Shown: in pieces, positions 18,994-28,966 of the stretch | Position numbering within the stretch: position 1 is the stretch's first letter | How the letters are laid out: the number at the start of each line of letters is the position of its first letter | Origin: Parvularculaceae bacterium | Lineage (GTDB): Bacteria; Pseudomonadota; Alphaproteobacteria; Caulobacterales; Parvularculaceae | Assembly: GCA_041740755.1 (NCBI GenBank) | Contig: JBGSLM010000197.1 | Coordinates: 2,999-66,998 of the forward strand | DNA length: 64,000 nucleotides | Reading direction: 5' to 3' | The notes under the pieces: model-generated | What the model was told of the DNA's origin: nothing | Database searches by the model: none | The model's input: the letters and a program-made list of their open reading frames with translations, nothing else | Position numbers and translations under genes: made by a program

Positions 18994-19845
18994 ATGGAAC
19001 GACTCTCTGCCTCGAAATCTTTCGGCGGCGAACAAGCCGTCTGGAAACACGCAAGCCGCGCGCTTTCCTGCGATATGCGTTTCGCCGTCTTCACGCCTCC
19101 CGCCGCCGGCCACGGGCCGGGGCCGTATCCGACGCTTTTCTGGTTGTCGGGCCTCACCTGCACGGAGGACAATTTCACCGTGAAGGCGGGGGCGCAGCGC
19201 GTTGCAGCGGAACTCGGGCTGATCATCGTTGCGCCCGACACGTCTCCGCGCGGCGATGATGTGCCGGACATGGATCCAAAGACTTATGATTTCGGCAAAG
19301 GGGCCGGGTTCTATCTCGATGCGACGCAGGCGCCGTGGTCGAAACATTACCGGATGTATTCCTACGTCGTCGATGAACTCCCATCCCTTATCGCTGCGCA
19401 TTTTCCATCCGACGCATCGCGCACCGGCATATCCGGCCATTCGATGGGCGGGCACGGCGCGCTCACGATCCAACTGAAGAACCCGAAGAAATTCCGCTCC
19501 TGTTCGGCGTTTTCACCTATCGTCGCGCCGGGCGAAGTTCCCTGGGGACAAAAGGCGTTTTCGAACTATCTCGGAAGCGACCGGTCGAAATGGGCGCAGT
19601 ATGACGCAACGCGTCTTCTTGCAGACAAGGGCGCAAGCCCGGCGCACATCCTCATAGATCAGGGAACGGCGGATCAATTCCTCGCCGAACAATTGCGGCC
19701 AGAATTGTTTTCAGCTGCGGCAAAACAGGCCGGTCAAAAGCTGACGCTCAATTTGCGCGAAGGGTACGATCATTCCTATTTCTTCATCGCGACGTTTATC
19801 GAGGATCATCTGCGTTGGCATCAAAAGGCGTTGACCGCATTTTGA
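18994..19845 (+). CDS. fghA: S-formylglutathione hydrolase
   Basis: WLSGLTCTE, PDTSPRG, GAGFYLDAT, GHSMGGHGA and YDHSYFF. Confidence 0.95.
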   Translation: MERLSASKSFGGEQAVWKHASRALSCDMRFAVFTPPAAGHGPGPYPTLFWLSGLTCTEDNFTVKAGAQRVAAELGLIIVAPDTSPRGDDVPDMDPKTYDFGKGAGFYLDATQAPWSKHYRMYSYVVDELPSLIAAHFPSDASRTGISGHSMGGHGALTIQLKNPKKFRSCSAFSPIVAPGEVPWGQKAFSNYLGSDRSKWAQYDATRLLADKGASPAHILIDQGTADQFLAEQLRPELFSAAAKQAGQKLTLNLREGYDHSYFFIATFIEDHLRWHQKALTAF

Positions 19846-19878
19846 CCCCGGCGGCGTAACCGGCATAGGAACCAGTAA

Positions 19879-20640
19879 ATGACGCACAAATCCGCCGCCA
19901 TTCTCGCGATAGGCGATGAGCTCCTTTCGGGGCGAACGCGCGACGCCAATATTCACCACCTCGCGGGATGGCTGACCGATCGTGCAATCGCGCTCAAAGA
20001 GGCGCGCATCGTCGCCGACGATGAAGCTGAAATCGTCGCCGCCCTGAATGCGCTTCGCGCGCGACATGATTACGTTTTCACGTCGGGCGGCATCGGGCCG
20101 ACGCATGACGACATCACCTATGAAGCTGTCGCAAAGGCGTTTGGACGAAAAGTCGTCGAGCACAGCCAGGCGATTTCCATGATCTCCGCGTGGTATCAGG
20201 CGAAAGGCGAGGAAGTGACGCCGGCGCGGCGCCGCATGGCGTTGATGCCAGAAGGGGCGGAGCTGATCCTCAATCCAGTCACCGGCGCGCCGGGCGTCAA
20301 AATCGATAACGTCTTTGTGATGGCGGGCGTCCCCAGCATCTTCAAGGGTATGCTGAACGCAATCGAGACGGCGCTTGAACGCGGCGTGCAGGTTCATTCG
20401 CGTGCGGTGACGGCGCTCGGCCTGCCTGAATCGCGCCTTGCGGAGCAATTGCTTGCGATCCAAAAAGCGCTGATCGGAGTTTCGCTTGGCTCCTATCCGA
20501 TCGACGGCGACGAAAAAGGCGTCACCATCGTCGCCCGGTCGGAAAACCCGGCGACGGCGGATGCTGCAATCGCCAGCGTATCCGCCGCAATGCGCGCGCT
20601 CGGCGCGCAGCCCCTTATCGGCGAGCGCCCCGGAAGGTGA
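19879..20640 (+). CDS. CinA-like molybdopterin-binding-domain protein
   Basis: IGDELLSGRTRDAN, TSGGIGPTHDDIT and MAGVP. Confidence 0.9.
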   Translation: MTHKSAAILAIGDELLSGRTRDANIHHLAGWLTDRAIALKEARIVADDEAEIVAALNALRARHDYVFTSGGIGPTHDDITYEAVAKAFGRKVVEHSQAISMISAWYQAKGEEVTPARRRMALMPEGAELILNPVTGAPGVKIDNVFVMAGVPSIFKGMLNAIETALERGVQVHSRAVTALGLPESRLAEQLLAIQKALIGVSLGSYPIDGDEKGVTIVARSENPATADAAIASVSAAMRALGAQPLIGERPGR

Positions 20641-20697
20641 CGCCGGGCGGCGAAATAGCTTAAGGTGACATAAAGCGTGATGCGCGGAGAAAGTGAC

Positions 20698-21687
20698 ATG
20701 AAGGCCAAAGCAATCATTATACTGACGGTTACCGCGTCAATCATCGCGGCGGCGCCCGCACTCGCGGCCGGAAGCGGCGCATCGAGCGGCCTTCCCTCGA
20801 CGAGCCGTCCGGCAGTCGATCCCGCAGAGGCCTATCGCGAAGGCGTCGCCGCCCTTCAGGCGCAGGATTACAAAAAGGCGGAAAAGAAGTTCGGCGACGT
20901 GCTTTCGGTCGTGCCGAAAAACCCGGAAGCAAATTACTTCATGGCGCTCGCGAAAATCGGCAACGGAAAACCGAAGAACGCAGTCCGCTATCTTGAAAAA
21001 GCGATCAAGGAGCATCCGAATTTTGTCGAGGCGCGCGAACGGCTGGCGCTTGTCTCGATTGATCTCGGAAATCCGGCGGTTGCGCAAGAACAGCTTGTGG
21101 CGATCGAGGGGCTGAAGGCCGATTGCGCCGCCGCCGGCGATTGCGACGAAGCGTATAATGCGCGTGTCGACACCGCGATTGCGCGCATCAACGAGGCGAT
21201 TGCGGCGGCGGCAAGCGCTGCGCCGGCGGACGACGCCGCCGAAGAAGAGGGTCAGGAATCGGGAGGCGAGGCGACTGACGACCAGGCGTCATTGTTCTTT
21301 GCGCCTCGGGACGAAGGCGTGTCGCAATATTTGGCGGCGGTCCGCTTGATCAACAAAGGCGATTATCGCGCGGCGATTGACGACCTCTACAAGGCCGCAG
21401 CGATTGTCGGCCCGCATCCCGACATCCTCAATTATCTTGGCTATTCACACCGGGAACTTGGGATGATCGAGAAAGCGCGAAATTATTACGCGCAAGCGCT
21501 TGCGATCGACCCGTCCCACAAGGGCGCCAACGAATATCTCGGGGAGCTGTATCTCGAAATCGGCGACATCGGAAAAGCAAAGCGGCAACTTGCAAAGCTC
21601 GACGCGATCTGCACCTTCGGCTGTGCGGAACGCGAGGATCTCGCGCGGCTGATCGAGCGACGCGAGGGCGCGCTTGCGGCGAATTAG
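20698..21687 (+). CDS. exported tetratricopeptide-repeat protein
   Basis: Signal peptide, two TPR blocks (..PKNPEANYFMA.., ..PDILNYLGYSHRELG.., HKGANEYLGELYL) separated by an acidic linker. Confidence 0.85.
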   Translation: MKAKAIIILTVTASIIAAAPALAAGSGASSGLPSTSRPAVDPAEAYREGVAALQAQDYKKAEKKFGDVLSVVPKNPEANYFMALAKIGNGKPKNAVRYLEKAIKEHPNFVEARERLALVSIDLGNPAVAQEQLVAIEGLKADCAAAGDCDEAYNARVDTAIARINEAIAAAASAAPADDAAEEEGQESGGEATDDQASLFFAPRDEGVSQYLAAVRLINKGDYRAAIDDLYKAAAIVGPHPDILNYLGYSHRELGMIEKARNYYAQALAIDPSHKGANEYLGELYLEIGDIGKAKRQLAKLDAICTFGCAEREDLARLIERREGALAAN

Positions 21688-22612
21688 CATTTTTCTCGGC
21701 GTTGCGGCGGCGATCCATGCTGCGAGCGCCGGCGCCGAACCGCTACAGGAGGCAAAATGGCTTGCGGCGGATGCGCAGCGCGTCGCTGCGCTGACGCAAT
21801 CGCCCGGTGAGTGTGCGGGACGCATCCGTGATCCGGAAACGGCGTATCTCGCCGAGATCGGGCGTGCGGCGTTTTCAAGTCCGCTCCTCCTCGGCGGGCA
21901 AGCGGCGCGCGGCGGGCTCTCCTGCGCCTCATGCCATACCGATGGTCATTCGAACCCGGGCTTTTTCCTCGAAGGGCTATCGGGCGCCGCCGGAACTGCT
22001 GACGTATCGTCTTCGATATTCAGCAAGGTGCGCGACGACGGCGTCTTCAACCCGGTCGCTATTCCGGCGCTTGTCGGGATCACGGAAAAGCAATCCTTCG
22101 GAACGACGTCTCCGGCGCCGTCGCTGCGCGCCTTCATCCGATCGGCGGTCGCCGACGAATTTCAGGGCGATGCGACGCCTTCAGCAGTCATCGACGGATT
22201 GGTCGCCTATATCGGATCGCTTGATGCGGCTTCGTGTCCGTCAGCGCCGGTCGCCTTTTCGCCGCGCCGGGCAATGCGTGATGTCGAGCGAACGCTCGCG
22301 ATTGCGCGCCGGGCCGCTGAACGAGGAGATCGGGAGACCGTCGACTTCCTCCTTGTCAGCGCACAGGCGGCGCTTGGCCGCATCGATGATCGATTTCCCG
22401 CTCAGAAGGCGCCAGTTCTTCGAAAGAGCCTGGCTGAGCTCTCGGTTGAGGCAGGCGCGTGGCGGAATTTCCGCGGCGAGACCGCAACGATTGTCGCCGC
22501 GCTTGACGAAATCGAAGGGCGTGCGAAGAAGCTCGGCAAGCGCCTTCAGGCGGCGCGACATCAATCACTCTACGATGCGGAAATGCTCGCCCGGCATCTT
22601 GAGGGCGAATAG
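21674..22612 (+). CDS. exported mono-heme c-type cytochrome (N-terminal half resembles cytochrome c peroxidase/MauG)
   Basis: Signal peptide, EIGRAAFSSPLLLGG...LSCASCH with a single CxxCH. Overlaps the TPR gene stop. Confidence 0.75.
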   Translation: MRRISIFLGVAAAIHAASAGAEPLQEAKWLAADAQRVAALTQSPGECAGRIRDPETAYLAEIGRAAFSSPLLLGGQAARGGLSCASCHTDGHSNPGFFLEGLSGAAGTADVSSSIFSKVRDDGVFNPVAIPALVGITEKQSFGTTSPAPSLRAFIRSAVADEFQGDATPSAVIDGLVAYIGSLDAASCPSAPVAFSPRRAMRDVERTLAIARRAAERGDRETVDFLLVSAQAALGRIDDRFPAQKAPVLRKSLAELSVEAGAWRNFRGETATIVAALDEIEGRAKKLGKRLQAARHQSLYDAEMLARHLEGE

Positions 22613-22626
22613 GCGAATTTAATCGA

Positions 22627-24006
22627 ATGCTCAGCGTCTTTGACATATTCAAAATCGGAATTGGCCCCTCAAGCTCGCACACCGTCGGGCCGATGCGAAT
22701 CGGCGTTCGCTTTCTCGCCGAGGCGAAAGAAGCAGGCGCGCTCGCACCTGCTGCGCGCGTCAAGGTCGATCTTCACGGATCGCTTGCGCTCACTGGGATC
22801 GGACACGGCACCGACAAGGCGGCGATCCTGGGTCTCCTCGGCTTTGCGCCGGATGAAACCGATCCGGACGAAGCCGAAGCCGCATTTTTGCGTGCGAAGT
22901 CGTCGAAGCGGCTGAAACTCCACGAAGGCCCAGAGATCGACTTTGATCCGGCGCGCGATCTAGACCTTCGCGGCGACATCATTCCGACAGTCCATCCGAA
23001 TGAAATGCGCCTTGCGCTGTTTGACGCCGCCGGGGGCGAACTTTTCGCGCAAGTCTATTATTCGGTCGGCGGCGGTTTCATCGCCAGCGCAAAGCAGCTC
23101 ACGGCGCCTGCGCCCGGCGACATGATCAAAGATCCGCACAGAAGTCCTTACACGTTCGGTTCGGCGGCGGAGCTGCTCTCGATTTGCCGCCGCGAAAACC
23201 TGCCGATCGACGAGGTCATTCTTCGAAATGAGGATGCGATCCGCCCGCGCGCCGATACGCTGGCGGGGCTCGACCGCATCTGGACGGCGATGCGCGATTG
23301 CATCGCACGCGGCCTGAAGACGTCGGGCGTTCTGCCGGGCGGCCTTGAAGTGAAGCGGCGCGCGCCGGCGCTCTATCGAAAACTCGTCGATGCGCCGCTC
23401 GCCAATGAGCGCGAACAATTGTTCGATTGGCTAAACGTCTATGCCATGGCGGTGAACGAGGAAAACGCTGCAGGCGGGCGTGTCGTGACGGCGCCGACCA
23501 ACGGCGCGGCGGGAATAATTCCAGCGGTGCTGAAGCACTATTGCGAAGAGAATAATGTACCGCATACGGAACATGTGCGGCGGTTCCTCGTAACCGCCGC
23601 CGGCATCGGCATGCTCTACAAGCAGCGCGCGTCGATTTCCGGCGCGGAAATGGGCTGCCAGGGCGAGGTCGGCGTCGCCTGTTCCATGGCTGCGGGCGGT
23701 CTTGCAGCCGTATGGGGCGGAACGCCCGAACAGGTGGAACACGCCGCCGAAATCGGGATGGAGCACAATCTCGGACTTACCTGCGACCCTGTCGGCGGCC
23801 TTGTGCAGATCCCCTGCATCGAGCGCAATGCGATCGGCTCGGTGAAGGCTGTAAACGCAGCGCGCCTTGCGCTTCGCGCTTCTGAAAGCCACAAGGTCTC
23901 ATTGGACCAGGTGATCGAAACCATGCGCCAGACCGGCCTCGACATGTCGCGCAAGTACAAAGAGACGAGCGAGGGCGGTCTCGCCGTCAATGTCGTTGAG
24001 TGTTAG
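22627..24006 (+). CDS. sdaA: L-serine ammonia-lyase (Fe-S)
   Basis: [39 protein letters not shown] and [18 protein letters not shown]. Confidence 0.96.
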   Translation: MLSVFDIFKIGIGPSSSHTVGPMRIGVRFLAEAKEAGALAPAARVKVDLHGSLALTGIGHGTDKAAILGLLGFAPDETDPDEAEAAFLRAKSSKRLKLHEGPEIDFDPARDLDLRGDIIPTVHPNEMRLALFDAAGGELFAQVYYSVGGGFIASAKQLTAPAPGDMIKDPHRSPYTFGSAAELLSICRRENLPIDEVILRNEDAIRPRADTLAGLDRIWTAMRDCIARGLKTSGVLPGGLEVKRRAPALYRKLVDAPLANEREQLFDWLNVYAMAVNEENAAGGRVVTAPTNGAAGIIPAVLKHYCEENNVPHTEHVRRFLVTAAGIGMLYKQRASISGAEMGCQGEVGVACSMAAGGLAAVWGGTPEQVEHAAEIGMEHNLGLTCDPVGGLVQIPCIERNAIGSVKAVNAARLALRASESHKVSLDQVIETMRQTGLDMSRKYKETSEGGLAVNVVEC

Positions 24007-24009
24007 CGC

Positions 24010-25263
24010 TCAGGCTGCGGGCCGTTTTTCTTCGCCTTCTTTTTCGTCGGCGCCGATTTCGAACGTCGTCGGCGCCGCGTTCTTCGGCAAAGGCGTGAAG
24101 GGCGATTTCTTTTCTTCGGGCACGGGCGGGCTCGTCAGGATCCGGTAAAGACAGAACCCTGCAAAGAATACATAGATCGCCGCGATGTAAACGAAGAGCG
24201 ACGGCGGTCCGAATAACGACATGACGGTTGCGCCAAGCGTCGCGCCGACGACCGAGCCGCAACCGTGCAGCAATAATAGCCCGCCATTTGTCGATACCGC
24301 CTCGCCAGGTCCGGCATGGTCATTCGCGTGCGCGGCGGTAAGGCCGAACATCGGAATGATGAATGCGCCAAATAGCGCGCCTAGACCAAGCAGCAATTCA
24401 GGGGATTTGCCGCCGAAATGCGACAGGGCGAGCGTGCTGGCGATTCCCAATATCGACGCGCCCAGCATGACGCGCCGGCGATCGATCCGGTCCGAGAGCC
24501 ATCCGAGCGGCCATTGAAGCAGCGCAGCGCCGACAATGACGGCGCTGATAAAGGCGGCGATCAGGGCGGTCTCATACCCAAGCTGCTGCGCATAGACGGC
24601 GCCGACCGCCCAAAATGACGAATTTGCAAGTCCGACCATCGGCGCGCCGACCGCTGCGACCGGCGAAAGCTTGAATAGCCGTGGGATGTTGAGCCGCGCC
24701 GTCTCTATCGGCTTTGGCGCATCGCTTCTTGTCAACGCGACGGGCACCAGCGCGATCGACATCAGGATTGATACGGTCGCGAAGAGATGAAAATCAGCGG
24801 GGTCTGCTGTCGCCAGCAGCGCATTGCCCAAGGTCGTCGCGGTAAGATCGATCACTCTGTAGACGGACAGGATGCGCCCGCGATTGGCGTTCGTCGCCCG
24901 CTCGTTAATCCAGCTTTCGATCACCATGATGAGGCCCGCAAAGCAAAAGCCGGTGATCGCGCGCAAAATCGCCCAGATCCAGACGTCGACATAGAGCGGA
25001 TGGATGAGCGCGGATGCGGACGCAATCGATGCGAGCGCGAGGAATGTCCGGATATGTCCGACTGACTTGATGAAGGAGGGATTGAAGCGGCAGCCAAGAA
25101 CGAAACCGGCGAAATATGCGGACATCAGGACGCCGATGAGCGACGTCGGGAACCCTTCGAGATTGGCCCTGACCGCAAGCAGCGTTCCCTGCAAACCGTT
25201 CCCCGCGAGCAAAATCGCGGCGGCGAGCAGGAGCGGCAGGATGGCGGAAACGGCGCGGAGCAT
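24010..25263 (-). CDS. MFS transporter (YcaD-like)
   Basis: About 12 TM helices, GNGLQGTL, ESWINE and QWPLGWLSDRIDRR. Confidence 0.9.
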   Translation of the reverse strand: MLRAVSAILPLLLAAAILLAGNGLQGTLLAVRANLEGFPTSLIGVLMSAYFAGFVLGCRFNPSFIKSVGHIRTFLALASIASASALIHPLYVDVWIWAILRAITGFCFAGLIMVIESWINERATNANRGRILSVYRVIDLTATTLGNALLATADPADFHLFATVSILMSIALVPVALTRSDAPKPIETARLNIPRLFKLSPVAAVGAPMVGLANSSFWAVGAVYAQQLGYETALIAAFISAVIVGAALLQWPLGWLSDRIDRRRVMLGASILGIASTLALSHFGGKSPELLLGLGALFGAFIIPMFGLTAAHANDHAGPGEAVSTNGGLLLLHGCGSVVGATLGATVMSLFGPPSLFVYIAAIYVFFAGFCLYRILTSPPVPEEKKSPFTPLPKNAAPTTFEIGADEKEGEEKRPAA

Positions 25264-25337
25264 GGCGTCAGCGAATCAGGGTGAAGGGGAGGCGATACGC
25301 GTCTCCGCCAGCGCTTTCAAGGCAAATGCCTTCCCAT

Positions 25338-25436
25338 GGCGTTTTCCGATCAAGTGGAAACCGGTTGATCGAAGAAAACGCCCTATTTATTTGCTTTTGA
25401 GCAAACTTCGCGCGGCGGTGCGCGCGAAACTTGCTC
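25338..25436. repeat. two-hairpin intergenic palindromic element (RIME/Bru-RS-like)
   Basis: GGCGTTTTCCGATCAA-gtggaaaccgg-TTGATCGAAGAAAACGCC, then GAGCAAACTTCGCGCG...CGCGCGAAACTTGCTC. Confidence 0.6.
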
Positions 25437-25484
25437 TGGCGCTTTGCGAGGGGCGGGATGAATGCTAATCGCCGCTTTGTCGCT

Positions 25485-25572
25485 GCGGGCGTGGCGGAAC
25501 CGGTAGACGCAACGGACTTAAAAATCCGTTGAGGGAAACCTCGTGGGGGTTCGAGTCCCCCCGCCCGCACCA
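25485..25572 (+). tRNA. tRNA-Leu (UAA) with one extra A in the anticodon loop
   Basis: Acceptor stem GCGGGCG/CGCCCGC, D-loop GG, anticodon stem ACGGA/TCCGT, long variable arm GAGG-GAAA-CCTC, GGTTCGAGTCC and encoded CCA. Confidence 0.93.
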
Positions 25573-25576
25573 TGGC

Positions 25577-26668
25577 TCAGCCGAGCGCCCGCCCGGCAAG
25601 GCGCCTGTAGAGCGAGGCGGCTTCATCGATAAGTCCAGCATCGGCGCTTTCAAGCGGCGCGTCTTTCGTCGTCGGTTCTCTGATGACCGAAGCATTGGCG
25701 CGAAAGGTGTCCGGCGAAATCAACCAGGCCTCTCTTGCGATCGATGTCAGCGCGGCGTCAGCGTTTGTGAACAATTTTTCGTAACAGACAAAGTTGACGC
25801 CGGCGCCCGCATGTTTTTCAGCAAACGAATATGCGTCGATCCAGTAACGCAGCCAGAAATCTTCTGTCGCAGCGCCAGCGGCCGAAACGCCGCGCCCTGC
25901 GAAATCGATCGGTTTGAAATTGGCGCCGAAATCGTAGTGACCGATCCACTTCATGTAGTCTCTCGCAAACGGATCGCTGACATGCAGGCCAAGGAAGCGA
26001 TGATGCTGCGCCATCAGCGAGCGGATGTGCGACTTTGGCTCGCGCAGACAAACGAATATGGCGGCGTCTGGAAACATCGCGCGGATTGCGGCAAGTCGGC
26101 TGATATTGGCGTTGTTCTTCGACAAATACCGACGCGCGTCGCCCGGCGCCGACTGAAGCGCGCTGAGCTTGCGAATGAGTTTAGCGAATGCTTCCCTGAA
26201 CTCGGCGCTGAGCTTGTCGGCCCCGAGCGGCGTCAGATTCTTTTCCGTCACATAGGCGCCGCGCAGATAGGAAAGCCAGGCGACTTCCTCAAATGCTTCG
26301 GGACTGTCGAAAGATATTTCCATGCCGTCGCCATGGGCGCGTTCGCGGCTCTCGCCGGCCTTGCGCGACGATCCTGTCACCGAAGCCAAAAATAGCGGCG
26401 CAAGCGGAAACGGCATTTCGCGATAGGTGAATGTCGCGAACTCGCCGGTTCCGTAAAGCATCTCAAGGAGCAGAGTCGTGCCGGCGCGAGGAAGTCCGGT
26501 CACGAAGACTGGCCGCGCGGCAGAGTTTGAAGCGAACTTCGCCGCAAACATATCGTTTTCGATTTCGCCGAGCGCGCGCTGCAATACCGGGTGCGCGAAC
26601 GCCATCCGGTGCAGCAGCCGTTCGATAAGAGAATAGTCGCTGGCCGCGCTGCTATTTTCGCCGACCAT
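25577..26668 (-). CDS. PAPS-dependent sulfotransferase
   Basis: FVTGLPRAGTTLL 5'-PSB motif, YLSKNN, FPDA..LREP 3'-PB region and YEKL. Confidence 0.88.
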   Translation of the reverse strand: MVGENSSAASDYSLIERLLHRMAFAHPVLQRALGEIENDMFAAKFASNSAARPVFVTGLPRAGTTLLLEMLYGTGEFATFTYREMPFPLAPLFLASVTGSSRKAGESRERAHGDGMEISFDSPEAFEEVAWLSYLRGAYVTEKNLTPLGADKLSAEFREAFAKLIRKLSALQSAPGDARRYLSKNNANISRLAAIRAMFPDAAIFVCLREPKSHIRSLMAQHHRFLGLHVSDPFARDYMKWIGHYDFGANFKPIDFAGRGVSAAGAATEDFWLRYWIDAYSFAEKHAGAGVNFVCYEKLFTNADAALTSIAREAWLISPDTFRANASVIREPTTKDAPLESADAGLIDEAASLYRRLAGRALG

Positions 26669-27029
26669 GCCGGATCATCCCGTAAACAGTCACACCGCCG
26701 ATCGTCGCCAGCAACGGCAAAGGTCTGATGCTGTATTCGATAATCTCGCCGAACGGCCAGGCGAAAAGAGATACGACGTAAAGGAAGATCGCCGAAGCGG
26801 CGACTGCAGCCGATATTTTCGCGGTTGTAATCGCAACAGCCGCCATCATCGCGCCGCTCGACTTCTGAAGCGCCGCCGCCTTGTCCTCATCCGACATCGA
26901 CGCGGACTGAACGACGGCGAGGGAGGATTTGACCGTCGCCTGCATGGCCTGAACATTCGCGAGCGATTTCAGCGCGACGAACGCCTCATAAAATATGAGG
27001 CCGGCGAGCAGGACCGCGACAAGCATCAA
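26652..27029 (-). CDS. hypothetical membrane protein (3 TM)
   Basis: 125 aa hydrophobic ORF overlapping both neighbours. Contains SDEDKAAALQ. Confidence 0.72.
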   Translation of the reverse strand: MMLVAVLLAGLIFYEAFVALKSLANVQAMQATVKSSLAVVQSASMSDEDKAAALQKSSGAMMAAVAITTAKISAAVAASAIFLYVVSLFAWPFGEIIEYSIRPLPLLATIGGVTVYGMIRHGRRK

Positions 27030-27313
27030 TTCGCCGGGGCGTCGGGATTGGCGTCGGCGGCATTGGTGACAGAGGCCGGGGCGGAAGTAGCTACGCCGGC
27101 TTTCTTCTCACGGCGCTTGCGGAGTATGACTTTCACAGGATACCAAACCAGCCCCGCGATCATCATGACGAAAGCGGCGATTGCGCCGAAGATCGATGCG
27201 ATAACGCCAAGGCCAAGTCCCGGCCCGATGTAAGCGGCGGCGGGCGTTGAGCCGATAACAAGCGCCAACGCGGTTATCCAAAATCCAGTTGCGGCGACGC
27301 GATTGTTGTCCAT
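27026..27313 (-). CDS. small membrane protein with signal peptide and AYIGPG motif
   Basis: Signal peptide ending PAAA|YIGPGLG, a TM helix, WYP and a basic cluster RKRREKK. Confidence 0.75.
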   Translation of the reverse strand: MDNNRVAATGFWITALALVIGSTPAAAYIGPGLGLGVIASIFGAIAAFVMMIAGLVWYPVKVILRKRREKKAGVATSAPASVTNAADANPDAPAN

Positions 27314-27460
27314 TAAGACAAATCCTTCAGGTGCATTACGGTCTCCCCCGTTTATGCAGCGCGGCGCCAAAGCGCCGACCGGCTTTATCTGCCACCATCT
27401 TGCGCCGCATGCATCTCTTTTATGCTGATGCAGGCTGCAAATCACCCGGCGCCGCCCCCT

Positions 27461-27480
27461 CCGGGTTGAATTCAACCCGG
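27461..27480. repeat. perfect 20-bp palindrome
   Basis: CCGGGTTGAATTCAACCCGG equals its own reverse complement. Confidence 0.8.
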
Positions 27481-27522
27481 CGAGCGTCGCCAAGATAAAT
27501 TATCAATTCGTAATGATCGGCG

Positions 27523-28827
27523 TTATCGCTTATCGACCGGCTTATAGGGTCGCGTCGCAGCGCCGGTGTAGATCTGACGCGGACGGCCGATTTTCTGGCT
27601 GTCGTCTTCCACCATCTCCGACCACTGCGCGATCCAGCCGACCGTGCGCGCGAGCGCGAACAAAACGGTGAACATGTCGGTCGGGAAACCGAGCGCCTTC
27701 AGCGTGATCCCTGAATAGAAGTCGATATTCGGATAGAGTTTTTTCTCGACGAAATAGGGATCTGAAAGCGCGATGCGCTCTAGTTCCTTGGCGACTTCGA
27801 AGAGCGGGTCATCCTTGATGCCGAGCGCCTTCAATACGTCGTGACACGCCTTCTGCATGACTTTGGCGCGCGGATCGTAGTTTTTGTAGACGCGGTGCCC
27901 AAAGCCCATCAGCCGGAATGGATCGTCCTTGTCCTTGGCGCGCGCGATGAAGTGCGGAATGCGGTCCGGCGTCGCGATTTCTTCAAGCATATTGAGCGCC
28001 GCCTCGTTGGCGCCGCCATGCGCTGGCCCCCAAAGCGACGCAATGCCGGCTGCGATACAGGCGAATGGGTTGGCGCCGGAAGACCCGGCGAGCCGAACAG
28101 TCGACGTAGATGCGTTCTGTTCGTGGTCCATATGCAGGATGAAGATCTTGTCGAGCGCGTCCGCGAGCACCGGATTGACGACATATTCTTCTGCGGGGAC
28201 CGCAAAGCACATGCGCATGAAATTCTCGGTGTAATCGAGATCATTGCGCGGAAAGACGAAGGGCTGGCCGATCGAGTATTTATAGGCCATCGCCGCAATC
28301 GTCGGCATTTTCGCGATCATGCGATGGCTGGCGATCTGGCGTTGTTTGGGGTCGTTGATGTCCGTTGAGTCGTGATAGAATGCGGACAGCGCGCCGACGA
28401 CGCCGACCATAATCGCCATCGGGTGCGCGTCGCGGCGGAAGCCGTTGAAGAAGCTCTTCAGCTGCTCATGCACCATCGTGTGCATGGTGATCGAATAGTT
28501 GAACGCCTTCGATTGCTCCGCAGTTGGAAGTTCTCCGTGCAGCAACAGATAGGCGACCTCGAGGAAGTTCGACTCCTCGGCGAGCTGTTCTATCGGAACG
28601 CCGCGATAGAGTAGGATGCCTTCGTCGCCGTCGATGAACGTGATCTGGCTTTCGCAACTCGCGGTCGAGGTGAAGCCGGGGTCGAAGGTGAAAAGTCCCG
28701 TATCCGTATAGAAGCGCCGGAAGTCGACCACGTTCGGGCCATGCGTGCCGCTGAACACGGGCAGGTCCGTCGTCTTGCCGTTATAGGTAAGGGTCATCTT
28801 GCCTGCCGGCTTGATTTTGCTGTCCAT
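27523..28827 (-). CDS. gltA: citrate synthase type II
   Basis: [45 protein letters not shown] and [12 protein letters not shown] at 28827. Confidence 0.96.
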   Translation of the reverse strand: MDSKIKPAGKMTLTYNGKTTDLPVFSGTHGPNVVDFRRFYTDTGLFTFDPGFTSTASCESQITFIDGDEGILLYRGVPIEQLAEESNFLEVAYLLLHGELPTAEQSKAFNYSITMHTMVHEQLKSFFNGFRRDAHPMAIMVGVVGALSAFYHDSTDINDPKQRQIASHRMIAKMPTIAAMAYKYSIGQPFVFPRNDLDYTENFMRMCFAVPAEEYVVNPVLADALDKIFILHMDHEQNASTSTVRLAGSSGANPFACIAAGIASLWGPAHGGANEAALNMLEEIATPDRIPHFIARAKDKDDPFRLMGFGHRVYKNYDPRAKVMQKACHDVLKALGIKDDPLFEVAKELERIALSDPYFVEKKLYPNIDFYSGITLKALGFPTDMFTVLFALARTVGWIAQWSEMVEDDSQKIGRPRQIYTGAATRPYKPVDKR

Positions 28828-28966
28828 CGCGGGGGAGCTCCGTTTGTGCGTTGCGGCATAAATTGTTGCGGCGCGATCATAGTCAGAAACGCCGCAGTTT
28901 CCAGACCGCATTTTGCAATCTACAGTTGCTGAATTTTTGGCGTCCTGAGCACGTAACCGATTGATT

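Noticed and set aside
25268-25695. ORFs overlapping the tRNA
   Set aside because: They are translations of the tRNA reverse complement (GLEPPR, GDSNPH), not proteins.
25572-27522. tRNA-integrated genomic island
   Set aside because: No integrase, no duplicated tRNA 3' end was found, and composition is similar to the flanks.
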